Part shown: piece by piece, positions 1 to 12,120 of the stretch
Position numbering within the stretch: the first letter of the stretch is position 1
How the letters are laid out: each line of letters starts with the position of its first letter
Source: Octopus bimaculoides
Taxonomy: Eukaryota
Direction: 5' to 3'
Assembly: GCF_001194135.2 (NCBI RefSeq)
Contig: NC_068985.1
Span: forward strand, 82,933,866-82,986,831
DNA length: 52,966 nucleotides
The notes under the pieces: model-generated
The model's database searches: none
Seen by the model: the letters and a program-made list of their open reading frames with translations, nothing else
What the model was told of the DNA's origin: nothing
Program-made: the position numbers and the translations under genes

Positions 1-555
1 TATATATATATATATATATATATATATTCATACGTATGTCTATATAGGTATAGATATCTATATACATGTACATCATCTGTAAAGTGGTTTGCATGTACAA
101 GTCAACTTACACACACACACACACACATATGCACACACATATGTTGTACATATGTATATGGATATATATGTGTGTGTGTGTGTGTGTGTATATGTTTGGA
201 TGTATGTGTGTAAGCTATGTGTATGATTACACACAGAGAAATCCTGGAACTCAAACAGGAATAAGAGACATGTGAATAGAAAGAGCGAGGGAAGGAAAAA
301 GAGAGAAAAAGAGAGAGAGGTAGAGTTAGGGTAGACAGATTGGCATACAGACAAACTGACAGGCAGTGAAAGAGGAGACAGAGGGAGTGAAGCAGAGATA
401 AGTGTATAAATACAGTAGATTAGTTCTGCTTTAACTGATACATTCAACTATTGAATGGCTCACTATTATAACCTCCATTGTTCAACTATTGAGTTCCATT
501 CACTGATTTTTATGTCCTCTTCACCTCTTCATACATACATACATACATACATACA

Positions 556-586
<31 letters not shown>

Positions 587-885
587 GTATGTATGTATTT
601 GTGTAAGTGCATGTATGTGTGTAGATATATTTACATATGTGTCTGTTTGTATGTATGTTTGTATCTGTATACACCNNNNNNNNNNNNNNNNNNNNNNNNN
701 NNNNNNNNNNNNNNNNNNNNNNNNNNNNNNNNNNNNNNNNNNNNNNNNNNNNNNNNNNNNNNNNNNNNNNNNNNNNNNNNNNNNNNNNNNNNNNNNNNNN
801 NNNNNNNNNNNNNNNNNNNNNNNNNNNNNNNNNNNNNNNNNNNNNNNNNNNNNNNNNNNNNNNNNNNNNNNNNNNNNNNNNNNNN

Positions 886-939
<54 letters not shown>

Positions 940-1260
940 ATATAATATGTGCACATAGACAGTCAGAGGGAGAGGGAATGTATTTGTGATTGTCTATGTG
1001 CAGATTCATTTTTGGGTAGGTATGTAAATATATTTTTGAATTTGTGCATATATACATGTTTGAATGTGTATATATATATGTGCTTGTGTGTATATATATG
1101 TATACACACACACACACACACACACTTAGTCCCTCTGTATCTTTCATATACCTATGTACATATGTGTAATATACATGCATATGGTATACATACATACATA
1201 CATATATATATTTATATGTATACACACAGAAAGTGGGAGAGAGAGAGAGAGAGAGAGAGT
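1..1260. repeat. Compound microsatellite field: (TA)n, (CA)n, (CATA)n, (GA)n
   Basis: Seen directly. Similar fields at about 9778-10250, 13540-15600, 23130-23790, 24896-27010, 35100-36420, 44330-45720 and 46830-47670. Confidence 0.95.
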
Positions 1261-1799
1261 ATTGAATATGGAATGAAATGTTCAACAATAAAATTAACAA
1301 CAGCAACAATCTTCCAACAATAACCATCAATGATAACCTGAAAACAGAGAGATAATGGAACAAAGTATGTAAGGATTTGTAAACATATTTTAAACAAGAA
1401 ACACTACAACAATCACAATCACAATCACAAACAACAACAGCTACAACAACAGCAATAAAACAACTTCTAGAACAACAGCACAAGTCACACAATACAGCAA
1501 AACAAAGAGACAATTAACAATAACAATGATCTTTCTCGTTTGCCACAAGGGCAATACAGACTCGAACAATGCCATGCATTCTAATTGGAGTGCAATCAAA
1601 TATGATTGCATTGAAATAAGCGTTCATGTTTATGTTGTGTTTTACATATATATGTGCAAATGGAAATTTATAGACACAAGGAATATAAAAGAATAAAGTT
1701 ATTAGCTTCTAATGTTGGTACAAGCCTGCAAATGTGGTGTTGAAGCATAGCTGGTTAAGCCAGTGCTAAGTCTTTGTATTACATGCAATGTTTAATATT

Positions 1800-2700
1800 A
1801 GTAGGGTTATCAGGGCCAGAAATGTGAGCACTCCTTTCTGGGTTCCTTCACATAACCAGTTATGAGAGAGCAAAAGAGAGGGTAGGGGGAACAGTACAGG
1901 TGAAATCAACTCCTGCACTTCACTATCAAACTTGAAGCACTAAAAGGTAAAGTTGGCCCCAGGTGGAATTTGAACTCTCCTGTCCTTGTCTGTCTACCAT
2001 TGTTTAGCCTCTCAGCTCCTATCATAAAGCTAACCCCTGCTTACTAAAATTACCCCACTCTTCACTTAGTCATGGGGGCATTTCTCTTCCCTGTTCTTTT
2101 GTTCTTAGGATTATAAATGTAAGCACTCCTTTCTGGGTTCCTTCTCTTAATCAGTTGTTAGAGAGCAAGAGAGAGGGTAAGGAGAGCAGTACAGGTGAAG
2201 TCAACTCCTGCAACTTCTTGAGGCACTGAAAGGTGAAGTTGGCTCCAGTGGAATTCGAACTCACCTGTTCTTGTTCCTCTGTCATAGTTTAGCCTCTCAG
2301 TGCCTGTCATAAGGCCAAATTCTTCTTTCTAAAATTACTCCACTCTGTACTTAATCAGGGGTGGGAGTTCATCTTTCCTGTTCTTTTCTGATATTAGAGC
2401 CAAAAAATGTGATTACTCCTTTCTGGGTTCCTTTATATAACCAGCCGTTAATAAAAGTGAGGCTAGGGAGAGCAGTACAGGTGAAATCAACTGCTGCACT
2501 TCACTATTATTTTTGTTTATCAACCTTGAAGCACTGAAATGTAAAGCTGACACCTGTGGAATTTGAACTCACCTGTTTTTGTCCCTGTGTCATAGTGCCT
2601 CTCAGCACTTAGCATAAAACCACCTCCCTCTTACTAAAGTTACTCCACTCTCCACTTAGTCACGGGGGGAAGGTTCTTCCATCTTGTTCTTTTTTGTTTT
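1800..2700. repeat. Tandem repeat of three ~292-bp units, each carrying an antisense SINE-B fragment
   Basis: Anchor ACTCCTTTCTGGGTTCC recurs at about 1830, 2125 and 2415. Each unit contains ...AAAGGT(A/G)AAGTTGGC...GGTGGAATTTGAACTC. Confidence 0.9.
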
Positions 2701-2880
2701 GCAACTTACTTTGGTAACCCCATTAGTGCCAGTGGCACATACAAGCACCCAGTACACACAAGGCTGACATTAGGAAGGGCATCCAGTCATAGTAAATATG
2801 TCAAAACTGAGGGCCCAGAAGTTAATGATGATGACTGACGAGTGCAGCAAGTTGTAACAAATATTGCAAAGCATTACTCT

Positions 2881-3577
2881 TTTATTTGTTTTACTCTTTT
2901 ATTTGTTTCAGTCATTTGACTGCAGCCATGCTGGAGCACTGCCTTTAGCTGAACAAATCGACCTCAGGACTTATTTTTTGTAAACCTAGTGCTTATTCTG
3001 TCAGTTTCTTTTGCTAAAGCGCTAAGTTACAGGGACATAGACACACCAACACCGGTTGTCAAACAGTGGTGGTGGTGGTGGGTCAAACACAGACACACAG
3101 CCATATACATACATACATACATACGTACATATATATATATATATATATATATATNNNNNNNNNNNNNNNNNNNNNNNNNNNNNNNNNNNNNNNNNNNNNN
3201 NNNNNNNNNNNNNNNNNNNNNNNNNNNNNNNNNNNNNNNNNNNNNNNNNNNNNNNNNNNNNNNNNNNNNCATACTTTATTCCTACATATGTTTCAAAGGA
3301 TTACAACCTGTGTGATCCATAGGGATCTATGGATCACACAGGTTGTAATCCTTTGAAACATATGTAGGAATAAAGTATGCAATTATAACATGCGTTTTCT
3401 CCAATCCTTAAATTCTTAAATATACACATATATATATATATATGTATATATGACGGGCTTCTTTCAGTTTCTGTCTACCAAATCCACTCATAAGGCTTTG
3501 GTTGGCTCGAGGTGCCATGCAGTGGGACTGAGCCCAGAACCATGTGGTTGGTAAGCAAGCTACTTACCACACAGCCA
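2881..3577 (-). mobile_element. SINE-A (tRNA head, CORE-like segment, internal microsatellite, 3' body), spanning a gap
   Basis: 3' body TTTCAGTCATTTGACTGCAGCCATGCTGGAGCAC at 2905-3090. Head ...GTGGGACTGAGCCCAGAACCATGTGG...CTTACCACACAGCC at 3450-3577. Confidence 0.85.
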
Positions 3578-3819
3578 ATCCTGTACCTCTATAATGCTTT
3601 AATAGCTCTGCCAGTTTTCTACCTTCTCCTTAGGAACCCAATATTGAACTGCTGCCTATTTAAGAACGACTTCCCAGAAGGAAGCACAAGAAATTAAGCT
3701 GTCCTTAGTATAGTTTGAACAAAGAATGTAAAAGCTCCAAGAAAGAAATCTTTACTTTGCATTTCTGCTGAACTACATATAAAAAACAAAATAACTTAAT
3801 GTATTAATAATAATAAGAA

Positions 3820-4385
3820 TCCTTTCTACTAAAGGTACAAGGCCTGGAGTTTGTAGGAAAGTGACTAGTCAATTACATTGACCCCGAAAGGATGAAAGGT
3901 AAAGTTGACCTCGGAATCATTAATAATGATAATAATGGTTTTTAATTTAATCAAAAGACTAGTAGTTTAAAGAGGAATGGGGTAGTTGATGGAATCGATC
4001 CTAACATTTGACTGTTACTCTATGAACGGCAAAGTTGACCTCAACAGAATTTGAATGCAAAATGTAAAAACAGACAAAAATGCCACTAAGCATCTTGTCT
4101 AACATGCAAATAATTTTTCAAACTCAACATCTTAAGAATACTAATAATAGTAATAGTAATAATAATAGTGATGTTTCCAAATTTCGGTGCAAGGCTAGCA
4201 ATTTCAAGGAGGGGTTAAGTTGATTACATCAACCCTAGTACTTAAATGGTACTTGTTTTATTGATTCCAAAAGGCAAAGCTGACCTCGGTGGAATTTGAA
4301 CTCAATTTCTTTAACTTAGGCAGTAGTCCAGAAATTTGTGTGAAGGAGTAGTTACTTAACTGGTACTTTATTTTATTGACTGTAA
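3820..4385 (-). mobile_element. Stack of about four same-orientation SINE-B fragments (Meta-domain-like SINE)
   Basis: Repeated GACCCCGAAAGGATGAAAGGTAAAGTTGACCTCGG and GGAATTTGAACTC motifs separated by (AAT)n tracts. Confidence 0.8.
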
Positions 4386-4571
4386 AAAAAGAAAAACAAA
4401 GTCATTTCTGCACTCACCCCTATGTTACAAAAGGTGAGAACAAACCAGGAATCACCGTCACTGTTACTTCCCCTGACTGTGACCCTTGACCCCTGCACAT
4501 GCGTATATTATGGTGAGATGCACAAATTTGGACAGTCACCTCATCTTCAGTCTTGGAGACTAAGAAGATAC

Positions 4572-4902
4572 ACCCCTTGGTTGGCTCAATGGTTAGAATG
4601 TCAGGCTCACAATCATGAGGTAGTGAGTTCAAATCTTAGACCAGGCTGTGTTGTGTTCTTAAGCAAGACACTTTATTTCACATTGCTCCAGTTCACTCAG
4701 CTGTAGAAATGAGTTATGATGTCACTGGTGCCAAGTTGCTTCTCCCTTGGATAACATCGGTGGCATGGAGAGGGGAGGCTGGTATGCATGTGTGACTGCT
4801 CGTCTTTCATAAACAACCTTGCCCAGACTTATATTTCAGAGGGTAACTTTCTAGGTGCAATCCTATGGTCATTCATAACCAAAGAACGTCTTTACTTTAC
4901 CT
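4572..4902 (+). mobile_element. SINE-C, tRNA-derived
   Basis: A-box TGGCTCAATGG, B-box GAGTTCAAATCTT, then GTGTTCTTAAGCAAGACACTTTATTTCAC and a (CTTTAC)n tail. Colinear with 10735-11072. Confidence 0.85.
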
Positions 4903-5266
4903 CACACATCAGATAGGGCTTCCTTTATTTGTTCTTTGATGGTATATGGAACATCACTTCACCTTTTCGAGAGATAAAAGTATGACACTTTTACCTTTAG
5001 CCATTCTTGAAAAAATTCTTCAAACAAAAAAAACATATGCTATAATGACAAAACACCTTCACTTCTGGCTAGATTGAATCCATGTCTAAATCTTCTCTTG
5101 CTCTGATGTCATTTACACTGTTTTACTTAGGCAAAACATGTGTATGAGTGTTGATCCTACTGTTATTGTTGTTATTAACAAACATGTTGCTAGAATTTTT
5201 CACTTTACTGTTATTACCAAATGAAATGTTATTTTTTTATTCTTTCTGAGTGTCTGTCTTGCTGTG

Positions 5267-5565
5267 TGTTATGGGAGAACCCTGAACACCCCCATATGGG
5301 TGAAGGTAGGCTAACTGATTACAATAAATAAGAACTGAATGAACTCTCAGGGGAGTAGTTGATGAGTGTTAGTTCAACCATGTTGGTTAACCATGTTAGT
5401 TTGACGTGTGTGGGTTTAACACTCAGTAGTTGAACAGTGAATACTGAGTATCGTACCTACATTCAAGTGGTATGGAGTGCATTCTGTGTTAATATATTTG
5501 CTGTGATAGGTTATTTATTTGTGTAATACTGTTTTACACCAGACATGCATACCCACATCATAACA
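5267..5565. mobile_element. Probable solo LTR (299 bp)
   Basis: Starts TGTTATG and ends CATAACA (7-bp inverted termini, TG...CA). Flanks CTGTG (5262-5266) and TTGTG (5566-5570) fit a 5-bp TSD with one transition. Orientation unclear. Confidence 0.55.
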
Positions 5566-5839
5566 TTGTGAAATATTCTTTTCTCATATATATTCTACAT
5601 ATGTGCATTCATTTCTATAATTTGCATTTGAGCAAGCATTGTCGTTAAATCTTAACCATTTTGAACGAATATAAGCAATAAAAAATACTATGGTCAAGAA
5701 CTCCTTTTTTTCACCCTGTCAAAAAGAAAACAAAAAAAAAATGGAAAAGCCAAACTGTTCCCCATACATACCAGGTCCACAAAACTTAACACAAGAATAA
5801 TCTAGCCTATATTTGAAATTAACTATCACCTAGAATGAA

Positions 5840-6378
5840 TGTTGTCAGGTGCTCACAGCCCTCTACCATTCAGGCAATGGGATCAGTGGATTTTCTGCTT
5901 TAGAAATTTAATGAGGATTAGTGGCAGGGAAGTACAATAATGTTCTCAGGGAGACTCTGGGTGCCAACAAGAATGAACTGGCTAGTCTGCTCTGGAGGAC
6001 TTTCTAGCTGGAAACTGTTATGGATTATTTCCAGATGTCCTTGGCCTGGCAGTGCTACTGGGAGGTGGGGGCGGGGGCGCTGCCAGTGAGCTGAACTCTA
6101 TACAGGCTGTCAGATTGGCTTGTCTGAGGTATGCGCAGAATGATAAAACCATTCTGCACACCCTCATCCAGTGTCCAGGCATTGCTGACTTGTGGGGTAA
6201 TGCCAGACAGCTGCTACCGTGTGTGTATGCTATGCATATGTCCCTTCTTTATCAGTGTATACCATGATTGCTTACCTTTTTTTTTTATCATTTCATTATA
6301 TGTAATCCCCCACACTTTATGTCTGGCTTTGTATTGTTTGTTGCCTTCATCTTTCACCTTTGAGGCAAATAAATGAAA

Positions 6379-6420
<42 letters not shown>
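5840..6420 (+). mobile_element. Tx1/L1-clade LINE 3' relic (post-RT cysteine-rich domain, 3' UTR, (TTA)n tail)
   Basis: Translation GLVAGKYNNVLRETLGANKNELASLLWRTF*...FQMSLAWQCYW and ACLRYAQNDKTILHTLIQCPGIADLWGNARQLL matches the CxxC...ETxxHxxxxCP..LW pattern. Then AATAAA and (TTA)n. Confidence 0.7.
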
Positions 6421-6422
<2 letters not shown>

Positions 6423-7624
6423 TTTATCATCATCCAGTAAAAACTGAAGACATACACATGCTAAACTGCTCTTTTGCCAAACAGTGTACGTCATCCAGGA
6501 AATGATAAATATATTATCACCATCATTTTAACCTCTACTTTTCTATGGTTGCATGGGTCAGATGAAATTTGTTCATGCAGATTTTTATAAGGCTAGATGC
6601 CTTTCCTCTCATCAACATTCACCTATTCCCATGGTCAGAAATGTTTCTCACAGAAGACTGGAATGAACACCATTCCTTCTATTATTGAAATGTTCACTTA
6701 CAACCATCACATGATGTTGGGAGAAGGGCACACACACACATGTATACATCTATAAATACACATATATGACAAGCTTCTTTTAGTTTCCATCTACAAAATC
6801 CACTCACAGAGCTTTGGTTGGCTTGGGGTTTTAGTAGAAAACACTTGCCCAAGTTATTGTACTGTGGGACTGAACTCGAGACCACATGCTCAGGAAGCAA
6901 GCTTCTTAACCACACAGCTACACCTATGCTTGCATATAGAATATGAATATCTTTATGCTACCTGCATGCTCTCTGTCCTGTCAACCATTTTTCCTCACCT
7001 TTCATCCCTTAACACCTTTCATGTCTCTATCATCTGAGAGCAGAAGAGACACAAACTATGTCCCTCTGCTTTCTCAGCTACTTCTTTTCCCACCCCAAAC
7101 TACTTCCATTTCCTATTATCTTCTCCCACTTACTGTCTCCATCAATCACCTCTTTTCTCTGCTTTCTCTCTCATTTGTTATTCTCCATTATTAACATCTT
7201 GCTTATCTGCTATCACCCTCAATACCCTCAAATATCTACTGCATTCCTCACTCTTGGGCCTCTCCTATATTTTCATTCCATCATTTGTCTCAGTCACCTA
7301 TATCCTGCCCATCCACCCAGCCCAAACCACTGTATCACCCTACTTATTCACACTACCCACAATGTCCCTTGAGCGCATGTCCCAATACATCTTTGCTACA
7401 ATCTCTCTTAATATTGCTCTCTTTTTCCTACTCACTGATTCACTCACTCTCTTTATTTTATTCTCTAACTCACCCTCCATTCTTTATCAACTTGAGTATT
7501 TATGTATTTACTCTATAGCAAGACACTTCACCCTGTCCCTCTATTCCTCTAAACTCTCATTGAATAGCACAAAGCCACTCCTCCTTCCTTGCTTAGAACG
7601 TTTTTTTTGTTTTGCAAGTTACTT

Positions 7625-7830
7625 GGTGACCCTGTTGGTGCTGGTGCCCTGTAAAAAAGCGCCCAGCATATCCTGTAATGTGGTTGGTGTTATGAGGGGC
7701 ATCCGGCCATAGAAACCATGCCAAAACAGACTATGGAACCTGGTGCAGCCCCTGGCCTTACCAGCTCCTATCAAACTGTCTAGCATGGAAAATTGATGCT
7801 AACTGATGATGATGATGATGATGATGATCT
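7625..7830 (+). mobile_element. RTE-3'-tail-derived short element ending in (GAT)n
   Basis: ...GGTTGGTGTTATGAGGGGCATCCGGCCATAGAAACCATGCC...AGCATGGAAAATTGATGCTAAACTGATGATGAT. Related copies at 2715-2835, 28015-28330, 43035-43225, 38635-38825 (-) and 41290-41425. Confidence 0.75.
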
Positions 7831-8233
7831 AAAACCAGATTTAATTTTTCTGTGTCAAACACTTTAAGGTGTCTTTACATTTCTTTGCACAATACTCAGG
7901 AACAAATCCTGTATTCCTTTCGAGTTCCTTATATATATGTATGTGTGTGTCACTGTGTAGACACCATTTGGGCACTGGTGGCTTTTGTATATGTTCCTGT
8001 TCAACAAAATGTTCTAAGCAGTAATGTGATATATAGAAACCATTAATATGAAGTGTTTTGCTTGAAAACAAGTAAAAGTTAGCATGAAGAAGGATGTCTG
8101 GCAGTGAAATGCTGCTCTAAGAAGTCTTAGCCAAGCCATGCTAGTTTATGAAAAATGGATGTATAAACGACGATGACCATGATGATGGTACTATGCTGAA
8201 ATTATAGGAAGCTGAACACTAAACGATGATGAT

Positions 8234-9030
8234 GACACCCGATGTAGACTTTGTGAAGTTCACACTGAAGATATCACCCACATCATAAGCAGTTGTCCGA
8301 AAATGTCATCACGGTATTATCTACTAATGAGACATGATGTTGTAGCTAGGACACTGTATAATGAAATCCGTCAGAAGGGTAATCCCGAGGACAAAGAAAT
8401 AAGAACCCACAATATGGTAGAAGCCATATCCACTCATAATGAAAAGGAATACTGGTGGAATGTACCAGTGAAGACTTCAATAAAATGTAAGCACAACAGA
8501 CCTGATATAATGATTTAAGATAGAGAAGAGAAACTGTGCACAGTTGTGGAAATTAGCTTCCCAGCGGATGTTAACATAAAGCTGAAGATCAGTGGAAAAG
8601 AGAACACCTACACTGAACTATTGAGAAACCTACTGTTACTTAATCCAAATTACAAGTTCAGGTCTATACCTGCAATTATTGGGGCCCTGAGATATATAAC
8701 ACACTGCCTAAATACCAATCTTGAAAAATTAGGCTTCTCACAACCAGAAAGGAGAAAGCTAATTTGAAGATTACAGATCCAATCCATCTCTGGAACTGTA
8801 AAAATCTGTAAAACTTTCCAGAAGTTTATCACTTGAATATATATGAGCATGTCTAGATATGCAACTATATGCATGAGAATACATACATAAAACATACAAA
8901 TCTGCTTAAGCATACATACAAAAATACCCTGTTGTTGATGTTGAAATTCCAAAGAAGGATCCTTGTATCTAGGTTAGAAACCAGTTCTTTCTCTATTAGT
9001 AAGAAATCTTGTAATAAACTGAATAATGAC
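8234..9030 (+). mobile_element. 5'-truncated R4/Dong-like RLE non-LTR retrotransposon: CCHC knuckle, restriction-like endonuclease, 3' UTR
   Basis: Single frame 8234-8836: CRLCEVHTEDITHIISSC..RHDVVA..YWWNVPV..HNRPDIMI*DREEK..VVEISFP..PAIIGAL..GTVKICKTF, with two in-frame stops and no frameshift. Confidence 0.9.
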
Positions 9031-9850
9031 ATGCACACATACATTTATTCATTCATGTTTATGCCAATAATAATTGGTGCACTTAGTTTTGTGAGTAAAT
9101 GTCTAAGTGGCAATCTGCAAAAGCTGGAGAATCCAACCAGCTAACATGCATATTATAGATATGATCTGTAGGCAGAACAATAAAAGTATGCAAGACTTTT
9201 CTCAAGTTCAAAATGGGAATTTGTTTTTGTTATCTACTTTCCAACAATTGTGCTTCATATCTTTGTCAGAAACCAGCTCCATTCTTTACAGGCAGACTTC
9301 AGACATTCAAAAATAGAATAGATTTTACATACAAATATACATATGTTAAAGATATAGACAGATATTTTACAGATGCAATGAGAATATCATAAATTGAGCT
9401 GAGAATTCATTATGTTGTGGGTGGGTGAGTCATTTAAGTCATTTAAGACCACACAAAAACTATCATATTCACTTTTCTTTTACTTCTTGATACTGTGATC
9501 TATTATGTTAACCTGTTGTGTCATACTTTTGTGACATGGCTCATTGAACACAGAGGAATTCCACTGTGTTCAGTGACCAACTTGCTGGGAGCACATTGAA
9601 AGTTTTTGACATAATTATCTTTAATATCAAGAAATAAATGGTAAGNNNNNNNNNNNNNNNNNNNNNNNNNNNNNNNNNNNNNNNNNNNNNNNNNNNNNNN
9701 NNNNNNNNNNNNNNNNNNNNNNNNNNNNNNNNNNNNNNNNNNNNNNNNNNNNNNNNNNNNNNNNNNNNNNNNNNNNNTATATATATGTATATATATATGT
9801 ATATATATATGTATAAATATATCATACACACATATGCATATACATACATA

Positions 9851-9884
<34 letters not shown>

Positions 9885-10128
9885 CATATGTGTGTATGTA
9901 CATATATGTGTATATATATGTATATACGCATATGTGTACATATATATATGTATGTATATATGCAAATATATATATATATATGTACACACATGTATATGCT
10001 AGATACACATACATATCCACACTCGTGTATAGATGTGTGTGTGTGTATAGATGTACGTATAGATGTACATATATATGTATGTGTGTGTATCTATATGTGT
10101 ATATATAGATTTACATACATGTATACAC

Positions 10129-10159
<31 letters not shown>

Positions 10160-10734
10160 GAGACACTCACACATAGAAACTCACCCATACACTCACACAC
10201 TCATATTTATACGTATATGTACACATATGCATAGACACATTTCTATATACCGTGTGCATATTTCCCTATCTTTCAACACAGCTCATACAGATATCTATTA
10301 TCTTTATGCATAATTCTCTACATATTTCTATATAATTTCCACAGCTAAACAACAATAAAGAATAGATTGGCAATGATTCAGTCAATGACAATGAAGTTGA
10401 AACACAAAAGGAAAATAATTAAGCTTTGCCATGCAGTGAGAAAGAGAGTGAAAATAGTGAGAGAGAGAGAGAGAGGTGTCAGAAGGAGAGAGAAAGTGAA
10501 AGTAGGATGGATGTAATTTCTATATATTAGAACCGGTAGGTGATTAACTGCTCTAGGTTGTTCTATCAGGTTCTGTGGTCTCTGTCTTTATGTGTATGAA
10601 TATGATTGTTTGCATGTGGACATGTAGACTTACATGTATACACACACACATATATATTTATGTATACATATTATAGACACACACACACACATACATACAG
10701 ACATACATACATACATATATATATATATATTGTG

Positions 10735-11072
10735 AAGGCTCATGGCTCAGTGTTTAGAGGGTCAGGCTCGCAATCATGATTACTGTGAGTTTGATTTTTG
10801 GACCAGACTGTATGTTGTGTTCTTAAGCAAGGCACTTTATTTCACATTACTCCAGTTCACTGTGCTGTAGAAATAAGTTGCAATGTCCCTAGTGTCAAAC
10901 TGTATCAGCCTTTGCCTTGCCTTTGGATAACATCAGTGGCATGGAGAGAGGAGGCTGGTATGCATGGGCAACAGCTGGTCTTCCATAAACAACCTTGCTT
11001 GGACTTGTCCTTGGAGGGGAATTTTCAAGATGCAATCCCATGATCACTCATGACTGAAGGGGGTGTTTACTT
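10735..11072 (+). mobile_element. SINE-C copy
   Basis: Colinear with 4572-4902 across head, body and tail. Confidence 0.85.
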
Positions 11073-11884
11073 TATTTTATATATGTAATATATATATGTG
11101 TGTGATGTGTATATAAACATGCATATATGTATACACAGGAGTTTATGAACTTGCATATGTACCCTCATACAGATACACACACGTACATGTTGGGTCATGT
11201 AGTCATGCACACATGCCCATGCATACACACATGTGTATTATTTAAATAATACACACTGCTGTATTACTTAACTGAAATGTTAATTCTAAAGATATATGTG
11301 TGTGCGTGTGTGTGTATGCAGGGATCATTACAATTTGATTCAAATTCGTTGGCACTCCGAGTTTCAAGCGTGATGCTAATCCTCAGCCACTGAGAATTTA
11401 AATGAGAGTACTGTTGAAGAAAGACAATTGTTATTACCAGAAGGTGTGCTGCGATTAGTCGAGAAAGGTCACGTGGTGTCATGGTTTAATGTTGGTATTT
11501 CAGTGACAACAATTACTTAGAAAATACTGCATGGTGAACAGGAAATCAGCATATATACATGCTTGTGTGCGTATATTTGTATTTCTGTGTATGTGTATTT
11601 CTTTCATCTTTTACTTGCTTCACTCATTGGTCAGCAGCCATGTTGGGTCACTGCTTTCATTGGTTTAATCAGATAATTTCACCCCAGTATATATATCTTA
11701 AGTCTAATAGTTATTATATTGGTCTCCCTTGGGAAGTTATGTGTTTGAATCAGGGTTATAGTAAAAGACACTTGCCCAAGGTATCATGCAGTGGGACTGA
11801 AAGCCAAACTATGTGGCTGAAAAGTGAGCTCCTTAACCTCTGACGTTGGTTGTTCCAGTAATCATATTATTATCAATATAATCA

Positions 11885-12115
11885 CTTGGAATAAAGCAGC
11901 AAGCTGGCAGAACTGTTAGCACATCGGGCGAAATACTTAGCGGCATTTTGTTTGTCTTTATGTTCTGAGTTCAAATTCCTCTAAGGCTGACTTTGCTTTT
12001 TATCCTTTCAGGGTCGATAAAAAATAAGTGACAGTTGCGCACTGAGGTCAATGTAATCAACTAATCTCATCCTCCAAAATTGCTGGCCTTGTGTCAAAAT
12101 TTGAAATCAATATTA
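11885..12115 (+). mobile_element. SINE-B, near full length
   Basis: AAGCTGGCAGAACTGTTAGCAC...GTTCTGAGTTCAAATTCC...CTTTGCTTTTTATCCTTTCAGGGTCGATAAAAAATAAG...AAATTTGAAATCAATATTAT. The central block resembles the Meta domain as I recall it. Confidence 0.85.
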
Positions 12116-12120
12116 TCACC

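Noticed and set aside
2833-2875. CTGACGA followed by a 6-bp stem, hammerhead-like
   Set aside because: G12 of GAAA is missing and neither stem I nor a cleavage triplet can be formed.
6945-7610. Long pyrimidine-rich tract with several overlapping ORFs
   Set aside because: No recognisable motifs; compositional bias explains the lack of stops.
11320-11545. CpG-retaining island; one frame (VEERQ...LRLVEKG...FNVGISVTTI) vaguely resembles a pipsqueak/CENP-B helix-turn-helix
   Set aside because: The similarity is too weak, stops flank it, and no TIRs or usable splice sites were found.
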